From an uncultured delta proteobacterium (lineage in GTDB: Bacteria; Myxococcota_A; Polyangia; Fen-1088): a stretch of DNA of 64,000 nucleotides. Positions 29,690-39,982 of this stretch are shown piece by piece. The translations under genes and the position numbers were made by a program. Under the pieces are notes generated by a model. That model was not told where the DNA came from and ran no database searches. It saw only the letters and a list, made by a program, of their open reading frames with translations. Position 1 is the stretch's first letter. Each line of letters begins with the position of its first letter. The DNA is taken from assembly GCA_963737265.1 (NCBI GenBank), contig CAVTRY010000011.1:416001-480000 (forward strand). Reading direction: 5' to 3'.

Positions 29690-31054
29690 ATGTTCGAGCT
29701 GCACGCGATTCCCGACGACGTTCTAGCAATCCTTGGCCGCCTTCAGGGCGCAGGGCACGCCGCCTTCGTCGTGGGTGGCAGCGTGCGCGATCTGTTGCTG
29801 GGCCGGCCGCCGGGCGACTTCGACGTCGCCACCAGCGCGCACCCCGAGGTGGTTCTGGAAATTTTCGGTTCGCGCTTCGCCGTCCCAACCGGTCTTCAAC
29901 ATGGAACCGTGACGGTGCTGGCGGGTGAACCTCCCACCCAGCGCCACGTCGAAGTCACAACCTTTCGCGGCGAGGGCGCCTATCTCGACGGCCGCCGCCC
30001 GTCTACGGTTACCTTCAGCGCGACGCTGGACGAGGACTTGTCTCGTCGCGATTTCACCATGAACGCCATCGCCTACGATCCAACGACCGGCTTCCTCATC
30101 GACCCATTCGACGGCCAGGGCGATATCGGCCGCAAGATCGTCCGCACCGTCGGCGATCCCGTCTTGCGCTTCACCGACGATGGCTTGCGTCCCATGCGCG
30201 CCGTACGCCAGGCAACCCAGCTCTCCTTCACCATCGACGCGGCAACGCAAGCGGCGATCGGCGAGACGCTGGGCTCGTTTCGCAAGGTTTCCGCCGAGCG
30301 CATCCGCGACGAGCTGCGCAAGCTGCTTTTGGCGCCGCGCCCATCGCGAGGCATCGAAATCATGCGCCAGACCGGACTGCTGGCCGAGGTCCTACCCGAG
30401 CTTCTTCCCGCCGTCGGTTGCGTGCAGAACCGCTTCCACAAGCACGACGTTTATTCGCACATCCTGGCCACGGTGGACGCGGCGATTCCGGACTTTATCG
30501 TGCGCATGGCCGCGCTTCTGCACGACCTTGGCAAGCCACGGACGCAGGCCCCGCGCGAGGATTCGCCAGGCGAATTCACCTTCTATCGCCACGAACAGAT
30601 CGGCACGGAGATGGCGGAAGCGATTGGACTGCGCTTACGCCTGTCGACCGCCGAGCGCAACACCATCTGCTCGCTTGTCAGCGGCCATATGTTTTTCTAT
30701 CGGCCGGACTGGACCGATGGCACGGTTCGCCGCTTCGTGCGGCGGATAGGTCCCGACCTGGTTCCTCTGCTGTTCGCCCTGCGCGAGGCGGACATCGCCA
30801 GCCGCGGCCAGGGCGAAGACCCGCAATCCGAGACACGCCCGCTGCGCGAACGGATCGAACAGGTGATGGTCGCGGACGCGGCCCTGCGCGTGACCGATTT
30901 GGCCATCGACGGGAAGGATGTCATGCGCTGCTTGAATATTCCGCCCAGCCGCCGCGTGGGCGAGGTACTGGAACAACTGCTCGAACGGGTGCTGGACGAT
31001 CCCCGGCTCAACAACCGAGAAGCACTCGAACGCCTGGTGCGCACGCCGAGTTAG
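29690..31054 (+). CDS. cca: CCA tRNA nucleotidyltransferase / poly(A) polymerase family protein with HD domain
   Basis: VGGSVRD, DFDVAT, RRDFTMNA, LRPMRAVR, LLHDLGK. Confidence 0.88.
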   Translation: MFELHAIPDDVLAILGRLQGAGHAAFVVGGSVRDLLLGRPPGDFDVATSAHPEVVLEIFGSRFAVPTGLQHGTVTVLAGEPPTQRHVEVTTFRGEGAYLDGRRPSTVTFSATLDEDLSRRDFTMNAIAYDPTTGFLIDPFDGQGDIGRKIVRTVGDPVLRFTDDGLRPMRAVRQATQLSFTIDAATQAAIGETLGSFRKVSAERIRDELRKLLLAPRPSRGIEIMRQTGLLAEVLPELLPAVGCVQNRFHKHDVYSHILATVDAAIPDFIVRMAALLHDLGKPRTQAPREDSPGEFTFYRHEQIGTEMAEAIGLRLRLSTAERNTICSLVSGHMFFYRPDWTDGTVRRFVRRIGPDLVPLLFALREADIASRGQGEDPQSETRPLRERIEQVMVADAALRVTDLAIDGKDVMRCLNIPPSRRVGEVLEQLLERVLDDPRLNNREALERLVRTPS

Positions 31055-31059
31055 CGTCC

Positions 31060-31725
31060 TTAGCGGCGCAGCAGGATCTGGGCTACTTCCTCGAACGACT
31101 TGTACTGGATGGGCGGTGCCGACAACGGCACGCGCGTGCCCAAGAGATCGGGACGAGGCACCACGCGACTGTGATCGAGGCCAAGCTGCGCGAACGTGAT
31201 GGTCTCGACGCCCGGACGGGAGGAGTGGCTGGCGACGGGCGCCGCGTAGGGCGCGATGGAGGTCGAGAGCACGAGGGGCAGGGCCATTTCGATCCGATTC
31301 ATTCGCCCACCCGCGCGAACCGTCAGCACCACGGCATCGTCCACGGCCGTCGACTGTTCGACATTTTGAACGCGCGTCACGATAGGGGATCCAAGGTGGT
31401 GGGCAAGCGCCGCGGGCACCAATCCCTGACCTTCATGGTCCGAATGTTCCCCGGCGATGATCAGGGTCGCCTCGATGTGACGAGCGGCTTCGGCGAGGAC
31501 CATTCCCAGGGTGAAGAAATCGGCGCGATCGAGCGCCGGCTCATCGAACTGAATCACCCGGTGCACACCACCTTGGCGGGCCAGTTCGAGCGAGGCGCTC
31601 GCCACCGGACCGCCGGCGGAGAGAGCCACGATTTGGGCATTTGCTGCCAGCTGCCTGGCCAGGCTCAGCGCCGCGTGGCTGGCCCGACTCGGTTCGGGCG
31701 ATTCCAGGCAAACCAGGACGATCAC
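31060..31725 (-). CDS. Electron transfer flavoprotein beta-like protein (divergent)
   Basis: GEHSDHEGQGLVPAALAHHLG resembles the EtfB AMP-binding segment; LPLVLS. Confidence 0.7.
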   Translation of the reverse strand: MIVLVCLESPEPSRASHAALSLARQLAANAQIVALSAGGPVASASLELARQGGVHRVIQFDEPALDRADFFTLGMVLAEAARHIEATLIIAGEHSDHEGQGLVPAALAHHLGSPIVTRVQNVEQSTAVDDAVVLTVRAGGRMNRIEMALPLVLSTSIAPYAAPVASHSSRPGVETITFAQLGLDHSRVVPRPDLLGTRVPLSAPPIQYKSFEEVAQILLRR

Positions 31726-32696
31726 GAGGTCACCTTGGTGCGCGCGCGCCGAGCGCGCCGTGCACGATCGATCGCCGCGGCCAAATCCTCAATCGCCGCC
31801 GCTGACCCGCGGCCAGGCAGTCCCGCGCGCGTGACTTCCGCCCCCGGTGCCTGGGAAGGAAGGTAAACGTCGCCCGCCCTGGCGGCGGAAGCGACGATGA
31901 CTATCGCGCTCGGGCTTGCCGCATGCAACGAGACTGGCGTCGCTTCCCCATCAACAACCAGGACCGTCTCGGGCGGGAGATCGGCGCGCAGCGCGGATTG
32001 CACCGCCGTGCTCACTGGCTCCGCCGACCAAACCATGGTCGAGCACAGCTCCACATCGTTGTCGTCGGCGGTGATTTCCGACGCCAGATTGCGCGGGCGC
32101 GCGACCTTGGGTTCTGGACACTGCAGCATCTCGACCTCCACGCAGGCTTCGCCAAGCGGGCGAGAGACCGTCGCGGCGGCGAGGCTGGCAACCACGGGAC
32201 GCTCCAAATCGGCGATGTCGATGCGGCGTTGGCCGTCGCGCGCAGCTCGCAACCGGTGGAGGACGATGCGCTGAGAGGCGGCCTCGGGCGTGCGGTCCTC
32301 GGCGCGCACCTCCACGCTGGCGCTGGGGAAATAGGCGGCGCCGATCCGCACAGCCAACGCTGGACCAAGCTCGATACCGACGCCGCCCGCGGGAAAGAGA
32401 AACAGCAGCGGCCGCAATCGTTCGGCGAGCTCGGCCAGCAGCATCCCGTGGGTGACGTCGAGAGGCACACCCGCAAGGATCTCGTCCGAGGAACAAAGGA
32501 TGCGATCTGCACCGGCGGAGCTGACTTGGGCTGCCAGCCGGTCGATTTCGACGTGCGAACAGGGACCCAGCGTCAGCAGGGCGTAGACCGTCGCCCCGGC
32601 CGCGTCCGCAATGCGGCGCGCCTCCGCGACGACAAAGCGCGATGGGCTTGTCATTGCGCCTTCCCGCACTTCGATGTAGGCGACGATGCTGGCCAT
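31722..32696 (-). CDS. Electron transfer flavoprotein alpha-like protein (divergent)
   Basis: EtfA domain I pattern (YIEVREG, GADRIL, GIELGPALAVRIG); FAD-domain motifs not recognisable. Confidence 0.7.
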   Translation of the reverse strand: MASIVAYIEVREGAMTSPSRFVVAEARRIADAAGATVYALLTLGPCSHVEIDRLAAQVSSAGADRILCSSDEILAGVPLDVTHGMLLAELAERLRPLLFLFPAGGVGIELGPALAVRIGAAYFPSASVEVRAEDRTPEAASQRIVLHRLRAARDGQRRIDIADLERPVVASLAAATVSRPLGEACVEVEMLQCPEPKVARPRNLASEITADDNDVELCSTMVWSAEPVSTAVQSALRADLPPETVLVVDGEATPVSLHAASPSAIVIVASAARAGDVYLPSQAPGAEVTRAGLPGRGSAAAIEDLAAAIDRARRARRARTKVTS

Positions 32697-32743
32697 GCTA
32701 GACGCAAGTCATTGTAGCGGCGTCCGTGGTAAAGTGCAGAAGA

Positions 32744-34234
32744 ATGAGTGTTGGTGACAGTCCTCCACTAAGGCCCGATCCCCTTATCGAGCAGCTTGTC
32801 GCAGATCGTTATCGGATCGTCCGCAAACTTGGCGAAGGCGGGATGGGGTCGGTGTATCTGGCCGAGCACGTCGTCATCGAGAAAAAGATGGCGCTCAAGG
32901 TGCTGGCGCCCGAGCTGGCGCGGCGGTCGGACCTTGTCGCGCGTTTTCTGCAAGAGGCGCGCAGCGCATCCCGCATCGGTCACGAAAACGTCATCGACAT
33001 CTCGGATTTTGGCCAATCCATCGACGGGCTGGTCTACATCGCGATGGAGTTCTTGGACGGCAAGGATCTCGGCGAAATCGTGCGCACGCAGGGGGCGATG
33101 ACGTGGACTGAGGCGCGCGACATCGTACTGCAAATCTGCCGCGCGCTGCGGGCGGCGCACGACAAGGGCATCGTTCACCGGGACATGAAGCCCGAGAATA
33201 TTTTCCTGGTTCAGCGCGAAGGCCAGCCACATTTCGTGAAGATCCTGGATTTCGGCATCGCCAAAGTCATGGGCCTCGATCCAAACGGCCCGCGCCTCAC
33301 CCGAACCGGCATGATTTTCGGAACCCCCGAATACATGGCGCCCGAGCAGGCCGAAGGCAAGGACACCGACCGCCGCGCCGACATCTATGCCGTTGGCTGC
33401 ATCATCTACCACCTCATCACCGGCCAAACTCCCTTCGTCGCCGAATCCTTCATGACGATGCTGACCAAGCATCTGATGGAGGATCCGGTCCCGCCCAGCT
33501 CGCGGCGGCCCGATCTGGCCATCACGCCCGAGATGGACACCCTGGTTCTCAAGGCGTTGGAGAAGGATCGCGACAAGCGCTGGCAGTCGATGGCCGAGCT
33601 ACTCGATGCGGTCGCCGTCTGTCCCGGCCCGGAAAGCTCCGCGCCCAAGCTGCCGGGCGGACAAACCGTGGAAATGGGCGGCGCGCATGCTGCCGCGGCC
33701 CTGCGAGTCTTGCGTTCCAAGGGCAGCGAGCCCGCGACCGCGAGGGTCTCGCGCGAGATCGTGGATGCCGAGCTGCCCGATATCGACACCGACGTGCGGC
33801 CAAGGCCCAAGGTCCGAAACAATACCCATGCCGTCCTCATTGCCGTCGGCGTGGCGCTGGGCGTCGCCGTCGCGGCTTGGTTCGCCCTCTCGCACGGTAA
33901 GTCCGCGCCCCAAGACCCCCAAGCTCCAAGCGTCCGGCAAGCCGAACCGGCGCAGCCGGCGCCGCCACCATTCGCGCCAGCGCCTGCCGCCGCACCGACT
34001 CCGCCCGCGGCGCCCGCCAATGAGCCGCTACCGCGCGCACCAGCCGCGGAAGAGGAGGCCGCGCCAGGTGCCACGCCACGTCGCGCGGTCCATGGACACC
34101 GCATCCGAACGGCAAGCCCGCCCCCCACGACCAATCCAGCCGTCTTTTCGCCGTCGCCAGTCACGCCGATCCCACCGCCCAGGCCCTTGCCACCACCGGT
34201 TCCGGGCGAGCTCAAACCGTTCCCGAAACTCTAG
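32744..34234 (+). CDS. Hanks-type Ser/Thr protein kinase with TM segment and Pro-rich tail
   Basis: GEGGMGSV, ALK, HRDMKPEN, DFG, GTPEYMAPE. Confidence 0.95.
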   Translation: MSVGDSPPLRPDPLIEQLVADRYRIVRKLGEGGMGSVYLAEHVVIEKKMALKVLAPELARRSDLVARFLQEARSASRIGHENVIDISDFGQSIDGLVYIAMEFLDGKDLGEIVRTQGAMTWTEARDIVLQICRALRAAHDKGIVHRDMKPENIFLVQREGQPHFVKILDFGIAKVMGLDPNGPRLTRTGMIFGTPEYMAPEQAEGKDTDRRADIYAVGCIIYHLITGQTPFVAESFMTMLTKHLMEDPVPPSSRRPDLAITPEMDTLVLKALEKDRDKRWQSMAELLDAVAVCPGPESSAPKLPGGQTVEMGGAHAAAALRVLRSKGSEPATARVSREIVDAELPDIDTDVRPRPKVRNNTHAVLIAVGVALGVAVAAWFALSHGKSAPQDPQAPSVRQAEPAQPAPPPFAPAPAAAPTPPAAPANEPLPRAPAAEEEAAPGATPRRAVHGHRIRTASPPPTTNPAVFSPSPVTPIPPPRPLPPPVPGELKPFPKL

Positions 34235-34273
34235 TAAACTCAGGGCCCAACCAGCGACGCAGCCCAAGCGCTA

Positions 34274-34477
34274 CTACTTGCCGATCATGACATCGGTCGC
34301 CTTGATGACGACGAGGACATCGTCCCCTTTCTTGAGCGCCAATCGGTCTATCGACGCCAGCGTGATGGACGAAGTCACCGTTTGGCCGCCCACATCCACG
34401 CTAACCTCGCCGTTGACGGATCCACGAACGACGTCCTTGATCTTGCCCCTGAGCTGGTTTCTCGCGCTGATTTCCAT
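34274..34477 (-). CDS. Molybdate/tungstate-binding Mop (TOBE) protein
   Basis: ISARNQLRG...SITLAS...L...VIKATDV; 67 aa; AAGGA SD. Confidence 0.92.
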   Translation of the reverse strand: MEISARNQLRGKIKDVVRGSVNGEVSVDVGGQTVTSSITLASIDRLALKKGDDVLVVIKATDVMIGK

Positions 34478-34549
34478 GGTTCCATCCTTTTGATGTGGTG
34501 TCGCACCGCCAGCTTCAGGCTGTCGATATCGCACCACTTGGCACCAGGA

Positions 34550-34578
34550 ATGTTTTGTGGCAAGCGCGCGGGTGTCAA
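34550..34578 (-). promoter_or_regulatory. Possible sigma70 promoter of the mop gene
   Basis: TTGACA-17 bp-AAACAT. Confidence 0.4.
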
Positions 34579-34650
34579 GCCGACTCAGCGATCGCCGAAA
34601 GTTTTTACAGGGTGGAAACCTAGCCAGATGAAGACTGATGCCCAGCTCAG

Positions 34651-35301
34651 CTAATTGGTCTTTGTCTGCATTACGGTCAAGAACTGCGCCGCCACTTGAG
34701 CTGCGGACGTATCATCAGCGTATCCGGTCAACTGTACCTCGAAATAGGACGCCTTGAAATGGGCATAGGCAGTGATACCGGAAAGGACCGAATATCCAAT
34801 CGCAGTCGACGCGTCAAAGCCCGGGATTGGCGTAGTCGCGTTCCTAAGTTGCTGCTCATACGTAAACATCGAAGTAGCGTTGGCAGCCGTGCCGAAATCC
34901 ATGGCCACCAACCTGCAGAGTTGCGGATCCGGGCCCACTAGATTTTGGTACATGTACAGCAAACACCCGTTATCCAAATAGGGTTTATTGCCGCCGTCGA
35001 TGACGTTGACTAGTGTCGTAGCGCTTCCAGTCAGGAGCGCCGTGGCTGCGGTGGCTGGATTGGTATCTTGCGTCCAGCCAGGCATCTGCGTGGTACCGGA
35101 AATCTTGTAGAGATTGCCGAACGCAGTCGGATCGAGAGCGCCTCCGGTGCCACTGATACCGCCGCTGCCAGTGGCACCGCCGGTGGCAGTGGTCCCGCCG
35201 GTGCCGCCAGCTGGGGTGGCGTTACTGCCACATCCCGGAACGCCGTAAACCAGAAACAGAGCTACGAAGGACAGACGGATACTCACAGCATGAATTCTCA
35301 C
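34651..35301 (-). CDS. Lipoprotein, DUF6599-like
   Basis: VPGC lipobox-like site, Gly/Thr linker, IDGG..PY...G and MDFGTAANA pattern; GTG start with AAAGGAG SD. Confidence 0.6.
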   Translation of the reverse strand: MRIHAVSIRLSFVALFLVYGVPGCGSNATPAGGTGGTTATGGATGSGGISGTGGALDPTAFGNLYKISGTTQMPGWTQDTNPATAATALLTGSATTLVNVIDGGNKPYLDNGCLLYMYQNLVGPDPQLCRLVAMDFGTAANATSMFTYEQQLRNATTPIPGFDASTAIGYSVLSGITAYAHFKASYFEVQLTGYADDTSAAQVAAQFLTVMQTKTN

Positions 35302-35371
35302 GAAAATCTCCTTTGAAAGTTCTCTCTTGAAGCGTCGGGGATCGGGCGCGGCTGCCACGCGTCACCACTGC

Positions 35372-37047
35372 TCAAGGCAATGGCTTATCGGTGACATCCT
35401 TTTTCTGATCGGTTCCGGCCGGGGCCGTCCGCTCTCCAGACTCAACTTGCGCGGCACGACGCCAAAGCTTGCCGACCACCACCGCTCCAACCGCTAGCAG
35501 CGCGCCGAGCGGGCTGGTTCTCCGCCCGAGTCCTACTGCGTCACAGCCTCCGCTCGAGCTTGATGTCACGCCGCTTCCGCCCGTCGCAGCCGAACCTCCC
35601 GCTGCTGACACAGTGCTTGTCGCAGCACCACCAGCAGCTCCTCTGCCGCCAGCGCCCGCCGAGGCCCCGCCATTGCCGGATGTTCCACCGGCCAGACTCG
35701 AACCGCCGCCGCCCGAGCCTCCTTTACCACTGGCGCCGCCGCTGCCCGAGCCTCCGTTGCCGTTGGCGCCGCCGCTGCCCGAGCCTCCATTGCCGCTGCT
35801 GGCGCCGCCGCTGCCCGAGCCTCCATTGCCGCTGCTGGCGCCGCCGCTGCCCGAGCCTCCGTTACCACTGGCGCCGCCGCTGGCTCGGCTGCCGCCGCTA
35901 GCGGAACCTCCGCTTCCACTGGCGCCGCCGCTGCCGGAGCCTCCGCTTCCACTGCTACCGCCGCTCCCGGAGCCTCCGCTCCCACTGCTGCCGCCAGCGC
36001 CAGAGCTGGCCGTAGCGGGAGGAACGACGACCCACACTGGGTCGGTCGCGGCGTATCCGAAAGTAGTGAGGTACGACGTGATAACGTTTTCATCGTGGCT
36101 GCATCCCATGACCGCCTCGCGGACCTTCTTTACGGTCAAGTAGTCGACGATGGGACCGAACACACCCATGATCAGATAGCACGGCATGACCTCTGGCGTT
36201 CCCGTGTTGGACACTTCGTTAGCGAACAACGAATCGATGAAACAGAGCTGCTGCCGAACGGGAGTTCCGCCGAGAATCGCATCGCTCTTGTTGATGTTGA
36301 ATATGTATGCGTTGCCGCCGTCGTGGTTAGGGGCAAAGGTGCCAAAGTGGTTCTTCATGCTGAGCGTGGCCCCGCCCAGCGCCCAGTGGCCCTTGTTATT
36401 CGCGATATTGATGAGAATATCGACCGTGCCGTTGGCGATATTCGCCGAGCAGGATGCGGATCCACCAGGATAGGGGGCGTTTACCGTGCCGCCCATGGCG
36501 GAATTGTAGCTGCTAACTACCCCCGGAATCTTGGTCGTGTCGGTGGTGCTGAAGTAACTACTGTAGTTCGAGATCCCGCTGCCGAACGTGCCGTTGCCAT
36601 CGTAGATAACGATGTTGGCCGCCGGCACGCCAAACCCGGTCATGATGTTGCAGAATTTCTGAATCACCGCAACGCGGGCCATGTTCATGGGTTCGATGAC
36701 GTTGACCTTGATGGCGACTTTCGTGGAGGCTTGCTGGATCGAAAGATGGCTTTCCACGCCGCGTCCGCCGTCGGTTGATTGGCAAGCTGCATGGCCATCG
36801 CATCCATATTGGCCTGAACCTGGGCGGTGTTGACGGCGGCGTTTTCCGCGGCGAACGACGCCGCCGGAGTGCTTTTCATCATGCTCTTGTCGTAGCACGA
36901 CACGACGCGCGTATTGCTGATGTTCGGATTGACCGCCATCGTTCCCGTGGCTGGCCAGGCAGCAAAGGCATTGTCCGTCCGCAAAAGCGCAAATCCCGCG
37001 GCGCCCGCGGCCGTCATCTTGAGGAAATCCCGTCTCTGATTCTCCAT
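35372..37047 (-). pseudogene. Tat-signal DUF362 protein with Gly/Ser linker and MYXO-CTERM-like tail; frameshift near 36730
   Basis: QRRDFLK signal in one frame; KVAIKVN, IVIYD, KGH..GATLSMKNHFG in another frame; GGC-TM-RR tail; may be a sequencing error. Confidence 0.75.
35731..35880. repeat. 33-36 bp coding tandem repeat (Gly/Ser linker)
   Basis: Core TGGCGCCGCCGCTGCCCGAGCCTCC at 35731, 35764, 35800 and 35836. Confidence 0.9.
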
Positions 37048-37260
37048 GAACAGCTCCTTCTCTCAGAGAAGTCAAAACAGATTTGCGGTATCTGAATGTG
37101 CTCAAGAGATTACTCTAAATCCAATGAGACGGGTCAGTTTTTCTTTAACCCCGAAGGCCGCCTGCACACGTCGGCGCGGGTCTTTGGTGATGCCGCGGGG
37201 CGGGCCGAAAGCCACGATCTGCCCCTTCTCGAAAGGGAAAACGGGCAGAGCGACGCGTCG

Positions 37261-39329
37261 CTACCGGCGCTTGGGCGGCCGAGCGGGTTCGCACAACACC
37301 GCTCGTCCGCTGTGAGTCCGGCCATTCATCGCCATGCACAACCTCTCGGCCGCGTCTGCGGCCACATTGACATAGCTGTGCGTGTTCATGAGCTCGACGT
37401 GCCCGGCCGGCACAGCCACGCCACTTGAGGACAGGAGCTCGGCAATACCCTCTGGCGTCGCATTGTCCTTGCGACCAAGGTTCACGTACAGGCGGGTTTG
37501 CCCCGTGGGAGCCAGCCGTCCATCAGGCGTCGCGACGGCGGCCGGAGCGGGCGGGTTGGCGGCTGGCGGCGGCGCGAGGGTGTTGCTTGGCTCCGAAACT
37601 CGTGCGGCTTCCGCTGGCGGAGGCGGCGTACGCCCGACCTCTTCACTCCAGACTTCCCAGAATTCCCGAGTATCTTCCTTGCGCGGCGCCTGGCTCGTGG
37701 ACGCCGGGCTCGGGGGCGCCGGCGTCGGCTTTGCCGACGGTCCATTTCGCCTCTGGTCTCCTCGATCTTGGCGATCTGGAACGTCGATCGACTGCGCTCG
37801 CGCGCGGGTCTTTCCCGCTCGCCAAAGCCACGCGGGCGCCGCTCGCCGTGCATGGTTCTTTCCCGGCGCTCGGGTTCCTTGATTTCGACTGGCGTTTTGA
37901 GTGGCGAAATCGGTCGCGTCTCCGCGCCGGTGCTGGCGGCGGGAGCGGCGGCCGGGCGCACGCTCGACTTCGGTTCGGCGAAGGCACCCCGTAACATGGC
38001 ACCGACCAGTCGCTCGGCGTCGATCGCGTTCATCAGGCGGCGGGCCAGGGAGTGCCATTCTGGGCCCGGATCGCCCGGCAACAGCGTGCGCAGGTGGGCC
38101 AGCCGCTCGCCCTCGTGGCGCGAGCGCACCTCGGCCTCGGAAGGCAACGATTGCTCTTCCGGCTTAATCTTGTAGAGCAACTTGAGATAGTAAAACGAGC
38201 CCACCTCGGTGGGCCCGATGAGCGAAATGGCGTGGCCAGAGCGTCCGGCCCGTCCCGTGCGGCCGGTGCGGTGGATGTAGATCTCGGGGGATTCCGGGAA
38301 CGTGTAGTTGATCACGCACGGCAAGTTCTCGATGTCGATGCCGCGCGCCGCGACGTCGGTGGCGACGAGGAAACGGATGCCGCCCGCGCGCATTCGTTGC
38401 ATGACGTCCTCGCGTTCGGACTGCGAGAGATCCGACGAGATGGGTTCGGCGTTGAGTCCTTGGCGGCGCAGGTGTTCGGCCACTCGGCCGGTTTCGTCGC
38501 GCGTGTTGCAGAAGATGACTGCCCGGTCCGGCTCTTCGAACGCGAGAATGCGCGACAACTCGGCCTCGCGCTGACCGCCGGGGATGGAATAGTAGGTGTG
38601 ACGAATTTCGTGTACGCCGACGAAGTCGGCCGACAATTTCAGGATCTCGGGGTCGCGCATGAAGCGGCGGGACAACCGTTGAATGCCTTCGGGAATGGTG
38701 GCCGAAAAAAGCAGGGTCTGCCGCGTGGTCGGGGTCTCGCTGAGGATCGACTCGATGTCCTCTTGGAAGCCCATCGAGAGCATCTCATCGCATTCATCGA
38801 GCACCACGCACTTGATCTTGTCGAGTTGCAGCGTGCCGCGACGGATATGGTCGAGAATTCTGCCGGGGGTACCGCACACGACCTGGGCGCCAGCGCGCAG
38901 TTGCTCGATCTGACGGCCCATGGGCGAACCGCCGTAGACCGGAACCACCGCCAGCGACGTCGCCGCGCAGATGCGCGCTGTCTCGGCGGCGACTTGCAGG
39001 GCTAGCTCGCGCGTGGGCAGCAACACCAAGGCTTGGGGAAACTTCTCGGCCGGATCGGCAATCCAGTCGGCGAACGGCATGGCGAAGGCAGCCGTCTTTC
39101 CCGATCCGGTGCGCGACTGCACCAGGATATCGCGTCCGGAGCGGACCTTCGGGATGGTCTCGCGTTGGACATCCATGGGCTCGACGAAACCCATGTCCGC
39201 CACGGCCTTGAGCACCTCGGGGCCGAGGCCGAGATCGGCAAAGGTAGCCTTGGGCGGACTATCGGGCGCAGGTTCGGCTGGTTCGACGGATGCTAGGTTG
39301 GTAGCGGACTCATGGTCTAGATCGTTCAC
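37261..39329 (-). CDS. DEAD-box RNA helicase (DeaD-like) with DbpA RNA-binding domain; frameshift near 37770-37800
   Basis: TGSGKT, PTRELA, TPGR, DECD, SAT, ARGID, HRTGRTGR; DbpA-like domain (RLYVNLGRKD...HSYVNV) in another frame; GTG start with AGGAG SD. Confidence 0.88.
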
Positions 39330-39892
39330 GGTTTTTCTCCTGCGGGCACGCTGGACTCGGCCAGGTGATCGCCAATTTGGTCGACGCGCTTGTTGATGCG
39401 ATCCAGGCGCGGCGCCAGTTCGCTGCCGAAGCGCAAGAGCTCTCTCGAGTAGGTCGTTTGAATGCTGCCCAGCTCTTCGAAGGCAGCAGCCATGGCATCG
39501 AAATCCTTGTGGGGCGGACCCGGCCGGCTCTCGACGAGGCGGCAGCGTTCGCCGAAAACGCGCCAGCGCTTGCGCCAAACTTCGCCTTCGCCGGACCAGC
39601 GCATAGCCTCGGCCGAGTCGTAGCCGCCGAGCAGGTGGTAGGCGTTTTCCAGGTGCTTCGCCAGCGCCACGGACACGTCACGCAGCTCGTCGAAGCAGCT
39701 GGTCACTTCAGTCGCAGTGAATTGCGTGCTGATGCGATCCCCAAGCACCACGTTGCGCTGGCGCTGTAGCGCGACCGCGACCGACGCCAGAAGATACAAG
39801 GTACCGCCCGCGACCAGCACCAACGTCGTCCAAGCCACCAACGTTCGGTAGCGGCGAAATTCTTGTGGGGAAGGATTCGAGGACGATGACAA
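39326..39892 (-). CDS. Membrane-anchored hypothetical protein
   Basis: One TM segment and a helical domain with two Cys; stop overlaps the helicase GTG. Confidence 0.75.
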   Translation of the reverse strand: MSSSSNPSPQEFRRYRTLVAWTTLVLVAGGTLYLLASVAVALQRQRNVVLGDRISTQFTATEVTSCFDELRDVSVALAKHLENAYHLLGGYDSAEAMRWSGEGEVWRKRWRVFGERCRLVESRPGPPHKDFDAMAAAFEELGSIQTTYSRELLRFGSELAPRLDRINKRVDQIGDHLAESSVPAGEKP

Positions 39893-39982
39893 GGGCGGCG
39901 ATACGGCAAGTCCATTGAGGACCCACCTGCGAAGGGCTCCCAGCGAGGAGCGCGCGCTGTCGGAGCGCCGACAGGTGAGGTG

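Noticed and set aside
37190-37255. GAAA-loop hairpins resembling a c-di-GMP-I riboswitch
   Set aside because: They lack the GGCAAA/GACGC and second-stem consensus and are on the wrong strand for the adjacent gene; more likely a terminator-like structure after the helicase
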